54,604 nucleotides of DNA from Gemmatimonadales bacterium (GTDB taxonomy: Bacteria > Gemmatimonadota > Gemmatimonadetes > Gemmatimonadales > GWC2-71-9), in the NCBI GenBank assembly GCA_036259315.1, contig DATABZ010000309.1:1-54604 (forward strand), read 5' to 3'. A program made the translations under genes and the position numbers. The notes beneath the pieces are model-generated. The model was given only the letters and a program-made list of their open reading frames with translations, was not told where the DNA came from and did no database searches. Shown piece after piece: positions 1 through 10,345 of this stretch. Within the stretch, counting starts at the first letter, position 1. Every line of letters starts with the position of its first letter.

Positions 1-1
1 C

Positions 2-1339
2 CCGGTGACCCCCGCCGTCGCGCCGGGCGACGTCCGGCGCCGGCTGCCGCCAGCACCTCCCGAGCAGAGCGAGGCGTTCCCGCGGCTGTTCGCGGACTTT
101 CGCGACCTGATCGTGCCGGGCATGACGCACTGGAACCATCCGGGCTGGTTCGCCTACTTCCCCGGCAACAACAGCCCTCCCTCCATCCTCGGCGAGATGC
201 TGACCGCCGCGATGGGCGCGCAGTGCATGTCGTGGGCGACCTCGCCGGCGGCCACCGAGCTGGAGCAGGTAGTGATGGAGTGGCTGCGATCCATGCTCGA
301 TCTGCCGAAGGAGTTCGTCGGTGTCATCCAGGACACCGCGTCCACCGCGACCCTGGTGGCGCTGCTCTCGGCTCGTGAGCGCGCGAGTGGCGGCGGCACG
401 GGGCTCCGTGGCCTCGGGGCCGGCCCGCCGCTGGCGGTGTACGCCTCGCACGAGGCGCACTCGTCGGTGGACAAGGGCGTGAAGCTCGCCGGCTACGGAC
501 TCGAGCGGCTCCGCAGAATCCCGACCGACGCGGCATACGCCATGGACTCCGCGGCCCTGGAGCGTGCGATCGAGGCGGACGTGGTCGCAGGGCTCCGACC
601 GGCGTGCGTCGTCGCCACCATCGGAACAACCTCGTCCACGGCGGTGGACCCCGTGGGCGCGGTCGCGGCGATCTGCCGGCGGCACGGCATCTGGCTGCAC
701 GTGGACGCGGCCTACGGAGGCTCGGCGGCGATCGCGCCCGAGCTGCGGGACCGGTTCGCCGGTTGGGAGCTGGCGGACAGCATCGTGCTCAACCCCCACA
801 AATGGCTGCTGACTAACTTCGACTGCACCGCGTTCTACGTCCGCGATCGCGACGCCCTGCTCTCCGCCTTCAGTCTCACGCCGGAGTACCTCCGCACGCC
901 GCACGACGCGGAGGTGGTGAATTACCGGGACTGGGGCATTCAGCTCGGCCGGCGCTTCCGGGCCCTCAAGCTGTGGTTCGTGATCCGCAGCTACGGGGTG
1001 GAGGGACTGCGCGCCGTGATCCGCCGACACGTGGCGCTGGCGCGCGAGCTCGCGAGCTGGATCGACGCGGTGCCCGACTTCGAGCGGGTGGCCCCGGTGC
1101 CGTTCGGATTGGTCTGCTTTCGCTACCGACCCGCGGACGCCACGGACGAGGAGTCGGATCGGCTCAACGAGCGGCTGCTGGAGGAGGTCAACGCGACGCG
1201 GCGGGTGTTCCTGACGCACACGCGGCTGGGGGGCCGCTACGTGATCCGGCTGGTGGTCGGACAGCGCGCGACCGAGCGGCGGCACGTGGAGGAGGCGTGG
1301 ACGCTGATCCGGGAGGCGGCCACCCGCGTCTCATCGTGA
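2..1339 (+). CDS. PLP-dependent group II (aromatic-L-amino-acid/DOPA-type) decarboxylase, 5' end cut by the window edge
   Basis: ORF 5..1339. Motifs THWNHPGWFAYFP, DAAYGG and the PLP-lysine motif NPHKWL. Comparison with known decarboxylases implies roughly 30-40 N-terminal residues lie upstream of position 1. Confidence 0.85.
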   Translation, partial: PVTPAVAPGDVRRRLPPAPPEQSEAFPRLFADFRDLIVPGMTHWNHPGWFAYFPGNNSPPSILGEMLTAAMGAQCMSWATSPAATELEQVVMEWLRSMLDLPKEFVGVIQDTASTATLVALLSARERASGGGTGLRGLGAGPPLAVYASHEAHSSVDKGVKLAGYGLERLRRIPTDAAYAMDSAALERAIEADVVAGLRPACVVATIGTTSSTAVDPVGAVAAICRRHGIWLHVDAAYGGSAAIAPELRDRFAGWELADSIVLNPHKWLLTNFDCTAFYVRDRDALLSAFSLTPEYLRTPHDAEVVNYRDWGIQLGRRFRALKLWFVIRSYGVEGLRAVIRRHVALARELASWIDAVPDFERVAPVPFGLVCFRYRPADATDEESDRLNERLLEEVNATRRVFLTHTRLGGRYVIRLVVGQRATERRHVEEAWTLIREAATRVSS

Positions 1340-1365
1340 CGGCGGTCCCGCCGGGTCCGACCCGG

Positions 1366-4167
1366 TCAGCCGGCGAGCGCGTGGGCCGTGGGCAGCAGGA
1401 GCGGGCGGAGATAGCGGCCGGTGTGGGACGCCTCGCATTCGGCGATCTCCTCCGGCACTCCCTGCGCGACCACGCGACCGCCGGCATCGCCCGCCTCGGG
1501 GCCGAGATCCACGATCCAGTCGGCGCGCTTGATCACGTCGAGGTGGTGCTCGATGACGACCACCGTGTGGCCGGCGTCCACCAGGCGATCGAGGACCTGG
1601 ATCAGGACCCGGACGTCGTCCAGATGGAGCCCGGTCGTCGGCTCGTCCAGGATGTACAGCTTCCGCCCCTCCCGCTTGCCCGCCTGGATCAGCTCGCGCG
1701 CGATCTTGAGCCGCTGGGCCTCGCCCCCTGAGAGCGTGGTGGCCGGCTGGCCCAGCCGCAGATAGCCGAGCCCCACCTGCTGCAGGTGCCAGAGCGCGGT
1801 GCCGAGCTTGGGCTGGTGGCGGAAGCGGGTGATCGCGTCCTCGACGGTCCATTGCAGGACGTCGTGGACGGAATGGCCGTGAATCCGCACGTCGAGCACG
1901 TCGCGCTTGTAGCGGCTGCCGCCGCACGCCTCGCAAGGGACGAAGACGTCGGCCAGGAACACCATCTCCACCTGGACATGTCCGGCGCCCTCGCACTCCT
2001 CGCAGCGGCCGCCCGGCATGTTGAAGGAGAAGGTGCTCGCGGAGTACTTCCGCTGACGCGCCAGGGGCTGGGCCGCGAACAGCTCCCGGATCTCGTCGAA
2101 CGCCTTGATGTAGGTGATCGGATTGGACCGGGGTGAGCGGCCGATCGGCGACTGGTCGATCAGCAGCACGTCCTTGAGGAATTCCCAGCCGGTGATCGCC
2201 TCCACCCGTCCCACCTCCTCGCCGAGGTGCGACTTGGCGGAGTGCCCGCCGCGGAGCTTCGCCTCCAGGTTCCGGTAGATCACGTCGTGGAGCAGGGTGC
2301 TCTTGCCCGAGCCGGAGACCCCGGTGACCGCGGTGAGCGCACCCAGCGGAATGTCCACGTCCACCCCGCGGAGGTTGTGCAGCGATGCCCCACGCACCTT
2401 GAGTGAGAGCGGGCCGGCCGGACGGCGGAGGCTGGGGACCGCGATCCGCTTGTGCCCGGTCAGGTACTGACCCGTGAGCGACTGGGACGCCGCCGCCACC
2501 GGTCCCGCGTGCACCACGCGCCCGCCGTGGTCGCCCGCGCCGGGACCGAGCTCCAGCATGAAGTCGGCCTGCTGAATCGCCGAGAGATCGTGCTCTACCA
2601 CGACGACGGTGTTGCCCCCGTCGCGCAACCGGCGGAGCAGGGCCAGCAGCCGGTCCGTGTCGCGCGGGTGGAGGCCGACCGAAGGCTCGTCGAGCACGTA
2701 GAGGGTGTCCACCAGACGGGCGCCGAGCGCGTTCGAGAGCGAGATCCGCTGCGCCTCTCCTCCGGAGAGCGTGCGCGTCTGGCGGTCGAGCGAGAGGTAG
2801 CCCAGTCCCACGTCCCGGAGGAATCCGAGTCGCGCATCGAGCTGCTCCAGGATCAGGTGCGCGACCTCACGCTCGAACGGGGTGAGCTCGAGAGCGCCGA
2901 TCCACTGGTGGATCCCGTCGACCGAGCGGGCCGCGACCCCGGCGATGGTCTCGCCACCGATCCGGACCGAGAGGGCGTCCGGGTTGAGCCGGTTGCCGCC
3001 GCACTCACCGCAGGTCTTGGCCAGCTGGTACTGCCGGAGGAAGACCCGGATGTACTGTTTGTAGCGCTTCTCCTCCAGGTCCTTGAGAAAGGGAAAGATC
3101 CCGACGTAGCGGCCCTTCCGCCCATAGAGCAGCTCCCGGCGGTGCGACGCCTTGAGCTTGCACCACGGCTTGTCGCAATCCGCGCCCAGGCTGCGCGCGA
3201 ACTCCAGCAGTATCCGCCGGCGGCTCTCGTACCGCGGCTTGGTCCAGGGATCGATCGCGCCCTGCGCCAGGCTGCGGCGGGGATCGGGGACGACGAGCGA
3301 CTCGTCGTACTCCAGGACCGCGCCGAACCCGTTGCAGGCCCCGCACGCGCCGCGGGGGTTGTTGAAGGAGAAGAGAGCCGGTGTCACGAGGGGTGCCGGC
3401 GTGTCGCACGCGCTGCACGACGGCGAGCGGGTGAACCGGAGCCGCCCACCATCGTGGATGGCGATGGCCACGCCTTCGCCCTCCTGGAAGGCGGTGGCGA
3501 CGGCCTCGGAGAGCCGGCCCCGCGCCTCAGGGGACCCGCCGAGCCGGTCCACCACGACCAGGAGCTCGGTGGTGCGGGTGAGATCGACTCCCTCCGGCAG
3601 CTCGTCCAGGTGCCAGGGCGTCCCATCCGCGATGACGCGCACGAACCCCAGCGCGCGAAGGTTCTCGACCACGGCCGCGTGGGCCAGCCGGGCGATAGGC
3701 GGGAGCGGGAAGGCGATCTGCACCCGCGCGGCACCCGCCGCGACCACCGCGTCCGCGGCGGACTGGGGCGTGTCCACCCGGACCGGGGCGCCGCAGAAGC
3801 GGCAGTAGCTCCGGCCGACGCGAGCCCAGAGGAGCCGGAGATGGTCATAGATCTCCGTGGCGGTGCCGACGGTCGAGCGGCTGGAGACCACGGGGTTGCG
3901 CTGCTCGATGGCTACCGAGGGGGCGATGCCCTCCAGCCGGTCCACCAGCGGCTTGGGCATCCGCTCCAGGAACTGCTTGGCGTACGTCGAGAGCGACTCG
4001 ATGTACCGCCGCTGCCCCTCGGCGTAGAGCGTATCGAAGGCCAGGCTGCTCTTGCCGGACCCCGAGGGGCCGGTGATCACCGTGAGCGCGCGGTGCGGGA
4101 TGTCTACGGTGACGCCCTGCAGGTTGTGCTGGCGAGCGTTGACGATGCGGATGACGGAATCGGCCAC
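1366..4167 (-). CDS. uvrA: Excinuclease ABC subunit A
   Basis: 933 aa with a GTG start. Two ABC modules (Walker A GPSGSGKSS and GVSGSGKST; LSGGEAQR signature twice). Several CxxC zinc-finger pairs (CRFCG, CSACD, CGACNG, CEECEG, CEACGG). Confidence 0.97.
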   Translation of the reverse strand: MADSVIRIVNARQHNLQGVTVDIPHRALTVITGPSGSGKSSLAFDTLYAEGQRRYIESLSTYAKQFLERMPKPLVDRLEGIAPSVAIEQRNPVVSSRSTVGTATEIYDHLRLLWARVGRSYCRFCGAPVRVDTPQSAADAVVAAGAARVQIAFPLPPIARLAHAAVVENLRALGFVRVIADGTPWHLDELPEGVDLTRTTELLVVVDRLGGSPEARGRLSEAVATAFQEGEGVAIAIHDGGRLRFTRSPSCSACDTPAPLVTPALFSFNNPRGACGACNGFGAVLEYDESLVVPDPRRSLAQGAIDPWTKPRYESRRRILLEFARSLGADCDKPWCKLKASHRRELLYGRKGRYVGIFPFLKDLEEKRYKQYIRVFLRQYQLAKTCGECGGNRLNPDALSVRIGGETIAGVAARSVDGIHQWIGALELTPFEREVAHLILEQLDARLGFLRDVGLGYLSLDRQTRTLSGGEAQRISLSNALGARLVDTLYVLDEPSVGLHPRDTDRLLALLRRLRDGGNTVVVVEHDLSAIQQADFMLELGPGAGDHGGRVVHAGPVAAASQSLTGQYLTGHKRIAVPSLRRPAGPLSLKVRGASLHNLRGVDVDIPLGALTAVTGVSGSGKSTLLHDVIYRNLEAKLRGGHSAKSHLGEEVGRVEAITGWEFLKDVLLIDQSPIGRSPRSNPITYIKAFDEIRELFAAQPLARQRKYSASTFSFNMPGGRCEECEGAGHVQVEMVFLADVFVPCEACGGSRYKRDVLDVRIHGHSVHDVLQWTVEDAITRFRHQPKLGTALWHLQQVGLGYLRLGQPATTLSGGEAQRLKIARELIQAGKREGRKLYILDEPTTGLHLDDVRVLIQVLDRLVDAGHTVVVIEHHLDVIKRADWIVDLGPEAGDAGGRVVAQGVPEEIAECEASHTGRYLRPLLLPTAHALAG

Positions 4168-4182
4168 GCGAGGAAAATAGTG

Positions 4183-4207
4183 GAACGGCGGGGTTCGGGA
4201 TAGTTTC
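4183..4207 (-). promoter_or_regulatory. GAAC-N6-GTTC-N7-TTTC motif cluster upstream of uvrA (candidate SOS/LexA-type operator)
   Basis: Read directly: GAAC 4183-4186, GTTC 4193-4196, TTTC 4204-4207, lying 16-40 nt upstream of the uvrA GTG. It only partly matches the known GAAC-N4-GTTC or GTTC-N7-GTTC operator classes. Confidence 0.2.
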
Positions 4208-4274
4208 GGGCGCGGGCAGCGGGACCGGGGTTCCTTCGTTCGAGGTGATCGGCCGTCTATCTTTTTGCTCGCCC

Positions 4275-5354
4275 ATGGCCCGACTGCTCACCCCGAAGTT
4301 CCTTCTCCGCGGATTCGAGATCTCGGTGCTGGCCTCACTGGCCGGGTTCGGGATCACGCTGCTCTACGGCAACGACCTCCCAGCGTTCCTCCGCGGGCTC
4401 GGGCGGGTGCACCTGGGCTGGATCCTCGTCGGGGCGGCTCTGGCCTCACTCGACTGGATCGGGGGCGGGCTCCGGCTGTGGATCTGCGCCCGAGAGATCC
4501 ACCCGAATCCTTCCCTCAAGGGGTGCATTCTGGCTGGCGGGATGGGGGCGTGGGCGGGCATGCTCACCCCGCTCAACTCCGCGGCCGGCCCGATGACGAT
4601 GTACACCCTGCGCCGCTACGGCATTCCCCTTCCGGTCGCGGTCACCTCCACCTTCATCAGCTTCGTCTCCACGGTCCTCTTTTTCGCCATCGCGGGCCCG
4701 TTGGCGCTGCTGTTCGGCGCGGGCAAGGGCCTGGGCGAGCGCGGCGACGTGCTGGGTCTCTCGCTGTACGACCTCTTCCTCGGCAGTATCACCATCGTGG
4801 GCACCATCGGCGTCCTGCTGGCGTTCGTGATCTTCGCGCCCAGGCTGGTGCGCGACCTGATCCACTGGGTGGCGGAGGCGATCGGCCGACGCAGCACCCG
4901 AGTGGCGAGGCGGCTGGAGCGGCTGCGCCAGGGCATCGACGAGACGCACGCGAGCGTGGTCGCGTTCAACAGCGTGCGGGGATGGCTGGCCATCCTGTGG
5001 TCCACCATCCTGTCCGCCGTGTCGCACGCGAACAAGCTGCTCGCCGGGTACGTCGCGCTCCGGGCGCTGGGCTTGCACGCGAACTTCGTGGACATCCTGC
5101 TGGTTCAGACGTTGGTGATGTTCCTCCTCTACTTCGCACCCACGCCCGGCGCCTCCGGCATCGGCGAGGTTCTCTCGGCCGCGGTAATGTCGTCCTACGT
5201 GCCGCGAGAGCTCACGCCACTCTACATCCTGGTCTGGCGGCTCACCCTGACGTACTTCACGCTCGGCTTCGGGTTCCTCGTCTTCTCGGGTTGGCTCCGC
5301 CGGGGCCTCAAGGCGATCGACCAGGCCGCACTGGCCGAGCCGGCGGGCGGGTAG
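4275..5354 (+). CDS. Polytopic membrane protein, UPF0104 / lysylphosphatidylglycerol-synthase-TM (flippase-like) family
   Basis: ORF 4245..5354, with an internal ATG at 4275 (MARLLTPKF...). There are about 8 hydrophobic segments, and GC3-rich codon use supports this frame over the 4265 frame. The stop lies 1 nt before the downstream ABC exporter start. Confidence 0.7.
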   Translation: MARLLTPKFLLRGFEISVLASLAGFGITLLYGNDLPAFLRGLGRVHLGWILVGAALASLDWIGGGLRLWICAREIHPNPSLKGCILAGGMGAWAGMLTPLNSAAGPMTMYTLRRYGIPLPVAVTSTFISFVSTVLFFAIAGPLALLFGAGKGLGERGDVLGLSLYDLFLGSITIVGTIGVLLAFVIFAPRLVRDLIHWVAEAIGRRSTRVARRLERLRQGIDETHASVVAFNSVRGWLAILWSTILSAVSHANKLLAGYVALRALGLHANFVDILLVQTLVMFLLYFAPTPGASGIGEVLSAAVMSSYVPRELTPLYILVWRLTLTYFTLGFGFLVFSGWLRRGLKAIDQAALAEPAGG

Positions 5355-5355
5355 G

Positions 5356-7140
5356 GTGACGGACGAGCAGGACGTACCGTCCACCGGCTACGACGCCGCC
5401 CTGATGCGGCGGCTGCTGCGCTACCTCCGGCCCTACCACTGGCTCGCCGGGGGCGCGGTGCTGCTGCTCCTGGTCCAGTCGGGCCTCGCGCTCGTTGGAC
5501 CGAGGCTCACGGAGCGGGCGCTCGACGTCGCCATCCCCCGGATGGACATCGGCCTGCTCGGTCTCCTGGCCGGCCTGTACCTGGCCACCCTGCTGCTGGA
5601 GCTCGTCGTGGAGTACGGGGGCACGCTGCTCACCGCGCTCGTGGGGCAGCGGGTGATGTACGATCTCCGAATGGAGATCTTCGGGCATCTCCAGCGGCTC
5701 AGCGTGAGCTACTTCGACCGCAATCCGGTCGGACGGCTGATGACCCGGGTCACCTCCGACGTGGAGACGCTGAACGAGCTCTTCTCGTCCGGGGTGGTGA
5801 CGATCTTCGGGGACGTCTTCACCCTTGTCGCCATCATGGGCATGATGCTGGTGATCGACGTGAAACTGGCGCTCGTGACCTTCGCGGTGATCCCCCTGGT
5901 CTGGCTCACGGCGGCCGTCTTCCGCCGCAGGGTGCGCGACGCCTTCCGAGACATCCGCTACCGGCTTGCCCGGTTGAACGCGTTCCTCCAGGAGCGGCTC
6001 TCGGGGATGCGCGTGGTTCAGCTCTTCGGGCGGGAGGAGGACTCGGCGCGGCGCTTCGCGGAGCTCAACCGCGAGCACCTTGGCGCGCATCTCCGCTCCA
6101 TCACGGTCTACGCGATCTTTTTCCCCATGGTCGAGGTGCTGACTGCGGTGGCGATGGCGCTCCTGCTCTGGTACGGCGGCCTCCGGGTGCTGGACGACAC
6201 GCTGACCGTCGGGGTGTTGGCAGCCTTCATCCAGTACACCCGACGCTTCTTCCAGCCTCTCCAGGATCTCTCGGAGAAGTTCAACCTGCTCCAGAGCGCG
6301 ATGGCCTCGTCCGAGCGCATATTCGGGCTGCTCGACGAGCCGGTGTCGGTCCCCGAGCCGGTGAGCCCCAGGCCGCTGCCGCGCCCGCTCCGGGGCGAAG
6401 TGCGGTTCGAGAATGTCTGGTTCCGCTACGCCGCCGGCGGGCCCTGGGTGCTGCGGGACGTGTCGTTCGTCGCCTCGCCGGGCCGGACCGTGGCGCTGGT
6501 GGGCCACACCGGCGCGGGGAAGACCACCGTGGTGAATCTCCTGCTCCGGTTCTACGACCCGGACCGGGGCCGGATCACCGTGGACGGCGTGGACATCCGC
6601 GAGCTCTCGACGGCGGCCCTGCGGTCGGCCATCGGGTTCGTGCAGCAGGACCTCTTCCTCTTCACCGGCGACATCCTGCACAACCTCACCCTGGGCGCCC
6701 CGATCACGCCCGAGGCGGCGCGGCTGGCGGCCGAACGGGTGGGCGCGCACCGGTTCATCGAGCGGCTGCCCATGGGCTATCGCCACCGGCTGGGGGAGCG
6801 GGGGCGGAGCCTGAGCGTGGGAGAGCGGCAGCTGCTGAGCTTCGCGCGGGCGCTGGCCCTCGACCCGGCGATCCTGGTGCTCGACGAGGCCACCAGCTCG
6901 GTGGACGCCGAGGCCGAGGCGCAGATCCAGAGGGCCATCGCGGAGCTGATGGCGGGGCGCACCAGTCTGGTGGTCGCCCACCGGCTGAGCACGATCCTCC
7001 ACGCCGACGAGATTCTGGTGATGCACCACGGAGAGATCCGGGAGCGGGGGACGCACCGGGAGCTGCTCGCCGCGGGAGGGCTCTACCAGCGCCTGTACCA
7101 GCTGCAGCTCCGGGGGCAGGAAGTACGCCAGATCGCCTAG
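5356..7140 (+). CDS. ABC exporter, fused permease/ATPase (MsbA/multidrug type)
   Basis: 594 aa. N-terminal 6-TM domain. Walker A GHTGAGKTT, signature LSVGERQ, Walker B ILVLDEATS, H-loop VAHRL. Confidence 0.92.
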   Translation: MTDEQDVPSTGYDAALMRRLLRYLRPYHWLAGGAVLLLLVQSGLALVGPRLTERALDVAIPRMDIGLLGLLAGLYLATLLLELVVEYGGTLLTALVGQRVMYDLRMEIFGHLQRLSVSYFDRNPVGRLMTRVTSDVETLNELFSSGVVTIFGDVFTLVAIMGMMLVIDVKLALVTFAVIPLVWLTAAVFRRRVRDAFRDIRYRLARLNAFLQERLSGMRVVQLFGREEDSARRFAELNREHLGAHLRSITVYAIFFPMVEVLTAVAMALLLWYGGLRVLDDTLTVGVLAAFIQYTRRFFQPLQDLSEKFNLLQSAMASSERIFGLLDEPVSVPEPVSPRPLPRPLRGEVRFENVWFRYAAGGPWVLRDVSFVASPGRTVALVGHTGAGKTTVVNLLLRFYDPDRGRITVDGVDIRELSTAALRSAIGFVQQDLFLFTGDILHNLTLGAPITPEAARLAAERVGAHRFIERLPMGYRHRLGERGRSLSVGERQLLSFARALALDPAILVLDEATSSVDAEAEAQIQRAIAELMAGRTSLVVAHRLSTILHADEILVMHHGEIRERGTHRELLAAGGLYQRLYQLQLRGQEVRQIA

Positions 7141-7266
7141 GGTGTGCTCGAGAAGTCGTGGCCAAGTGAGTGGTGGAAGTGGGGACTCCGCAGGGGCGCG
7201 TTAGAACGCGTCGCGGAGGAGACCGGGCGCAAACGCTTCTCGAGCACACCCTGGCCAGTTTTTGCT
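7137..7266 (+). terminator. Long rod-like hairpin followed by T5; candidate intrinsic terminator or structured RNA
   Basis: Perfect 15-bp inverted repeat, 7141-7155 GGTGTGCTCGAGAAG against 7236-7250 CTTCTCGAGCACACC, extendable by 4 more pairs into 7137-7140/7251-7254. Nested inner stems at 7186-7191/7213-7218 and 7197-7201/7206-7210. Followed by the palindrome CTGGCCAG and TTTTT (7259-7263). Local GC3 drops, consistent with non-coding sequence. Confidence 0.45.
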
Positions 7267-7327
7267 TGCCTGCCCCCGGAGCACGGGGTACGTTTGGCAT
7301 CCGGTTTCACGCATTGGGACCTGCGCG

Positions 7328-8674
<1,347 letters not shown>

Positions 8675-8684
8675 CGGGGACCTG

Positions 8685-9470
8685 TTGCACTTCACCTGTG
8701 CCGCTCGAACCGACGTCGGGATCGTCCGCTCGGGCAACGAAGACAACTACCTGATGCTCGCGGACCGCGGCGTGTTCATCGTGGCCGACGGAATGGGTGG
8801 ACACGCGGCCGGCGAAGTCGCGAGCGAGATGGCGGTGCGCATCACGTCCGACGAGATCGGCTCGCTGCGCGGGCTGTCGGACGCCGAGGCCGGCGAGCGG
8901 GTGCGGAGCGCGATCCGCGCCGCCAACGACGCGATCTTCGAGCGGACGCTCTCGGAGCACGACAAGCGGGGCATGGGGACGACGGCGACGGTGCTCGTCC
9001 TCATGCCCCGCCGGTATCTGATCGGGCAGGTCGGCGACAGCCGCGCGTATCTGCTGCGGAACGGCGAGCTGCTCCAGCTCACCAAGGATCACTCCTACGT
9101 GCAGGAGCAGGTGGACGCGGGTCTGCTGACCCCCGATCAGGCACGGGTGCACCCGTACAGCAACGTGATCACCCGGTGCGTGGGCGCGAGCGGCGATGTG
9201 GCGCCGGACATCTACTTCGGCAACCTGGAGCAGGGCGACATCCTGCTCATCGCCTCGGACGGGCTCACCGGAATGCTCGAGGACGAGCATCTGGTCCGGA
9301 TCCTCAGCTCCGACGGCGGCCCGCAGCATTGGGTGGACCGGATGATCACCGAGGCCAATCGCCGGGGCGGGCTCGACAACATCACCGCGATCGTGATCAA
9401 GATCGACTCGGTGGACAGCAACACCGGCGAGCAGCCGGCCGTCCCGGCGGCAGCCGGCCGGACCAACTAG
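8685..9470 (+). CDS. PP2C-family Ser/Thr protein phosphatase
   Basis: 261 aa with a TTG start. Motifs RSGNEDN, VADGMGGHAAGEVAS, GDSRAYL, ASDGLTGML and DNITAIV are typical of the PPM/PP2C fold. Confidence 0.9.
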   Translation: MHFTCAARTDVGIVRSGNEDNYLMLADRGVFIVADGMGGHAAGEVASEMAVRITSDEIGSLRGLSDAEAGERVRSAIRAANDAIFERTLSEHDKRGMGTTATVLVLMPRRYLIGQVGDSRAYLLRNGELLQLTKDHSYVQEQVDAGLLTPDQARVHPYSNVITRCVGASGDVAPDIYFGNLEQGDILLIASDGLTGMLEDEHLVRILSSDGGPQHWVDRMITEANRRGGLDNITAIVIKIDSVDSNTGEQPAVPAAAGRTN

Positions 9471-9949
9471 GGACCGAGCGGCCGCTCGAGCTGGATGTCG
9501 GCCCTGGAGTAGCCGCTGCCGGGATCGAGCGGCACCTCGCGAAAGCCGTGCTTGCGGTACAGGTTGAGGGCGGGCCCGAGGCGGGTGTTGGAGACCAGGA
9601 TGAGGCGGCGGGCACCGGCCGCCCGCGCGAAGCCCACGGCCGCCTCCACCAGCCGATCGCCGTAGCCCTGACCCCGCGCCCTCGGCTCCACCGCCATCTT
9701 GGCCAGCTCGAAGGTCTCCGCATCGCGCCGGATGACCGCGCAGGTGCCGCGCACCGCCTCATCCTCCAGCACGAAGAAGACCTGGCCTCCCGGCTGGACG
9801 ATCCGCCCGTCCGGGTCCTCGAACACCTTTCGGTCCTCCTCCTCCAGCGTGAAGTAGCGCTCGATCCACTCGCGGTTGAGCCGCTCGAACTCGGTGCGCA
9901 GCTCGGGCCGCCAGGTGACGAGCTGCACCGATCCTGCCTCCGCCTTCAT
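9467..9949 (-). CDS. GNAT-family N-acetyltransferase
   Basis: Internal ATG at 9949 preceded by GGAGG. Contains the acetyl-CoA motif region RARGQGYGDRLVEAAVGFARAAGA. Its TAG stop overlaps the TAG of the convergent PP2C gene (CTAG). Confidence 0.85.
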   Translation of the reverse strand: MKAEAGSVQLVTWRPELRTEFERLNREWIERYFTLEEEDRKVFEDPDGRIVQPGGQVFFVLEDEAVRGTCAVIRRDAETFELAKMAVEPRARGQGYGDRLVEAAVGFARAAGARRLILVSNTRLGPALNLYRKHGFREVPLDPGSGYSRADIQLERPLGP

Positions 9950-10081
9950 CAGACCTCCATGTGAGGGCCAGCACCTCGGACTCCCGTCCCGGGGGCTATC
10001 AGTTCGTCCATTCGGGGCGCGTTCCGAGCGGCGTCCCCGTGGACAGAAGTATGGCTGACACACTTATGAGGAGAGATCACA

Positions 10082-10324
10082 ATGAATGAACGGGACCAGG
10101 ATGCGGATCGCCGGCGCGATCAGGAGAACCCCGCGCCGGAGTCGGGGATGGGTGGCGCGTCCGACATGGGCGCGCACGGACGCCATCCCGCCTCCGCGCC
10201 GGCGATGGCACGCGAGGGCCGCTCGCCCGAGCCCGAGGCGGCTCCGGGCGACGCGCCGATCGAACGGCGGCGCCGCCAGGACCCCTCCTACACCGGCGCC
10301 GAGCGGCGGATCGCGCGGCGCTGA
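10082..10324 (+). CDS. Small (80 aa) charged, probably disordered hypothetical protein
   Basis: ATG preceded by GAGGAGAG. GC3-rich codon use in this frame, whereas the alternative 10086 frame is Arg-rich junk. No recognisable domain. C-terminus is ERRRRQDPSYTGAERRIARR. Confidence 0.4.
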   Translation: MNERDQDADRRRDQENPAPESGMGGASDMGAHGRHPASAPAMAREGRSPEPEAAPGDAPIERRRRQDPSYTGAERRIARR

Positions 10325-10345
10325 TGGGCCGGCGCCGCGGATGGC

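Noticed and set aside
7141-7250. MITE or insertion-element interpretation of the 15-bp terminal inverted repeats.
   Set aside because: No target-site duplication flanks the element, I saw no second copy in the window, and there is no transposase. This is kept only as a minor alternative in the finding.
7295-7310. A sigma54-like TGGCAT-N5-TTCAC upstream of the FHA gene.
   Set aside because: The essential -12 GC dinucleotide is missing at the required spacing (TTCA instead of TTGC), and no enhancer-binding protein is nearby.
10270-10300. PilZ-type c-di-GMP binding site (RxxxR ... DxSxxG) in the small ORF.
   Set aside because: The two motif halves are adjacent rather than separated by the ~20-30 residues of a PilZ barrel, and the protein is too short and low-complexity to form the fold.
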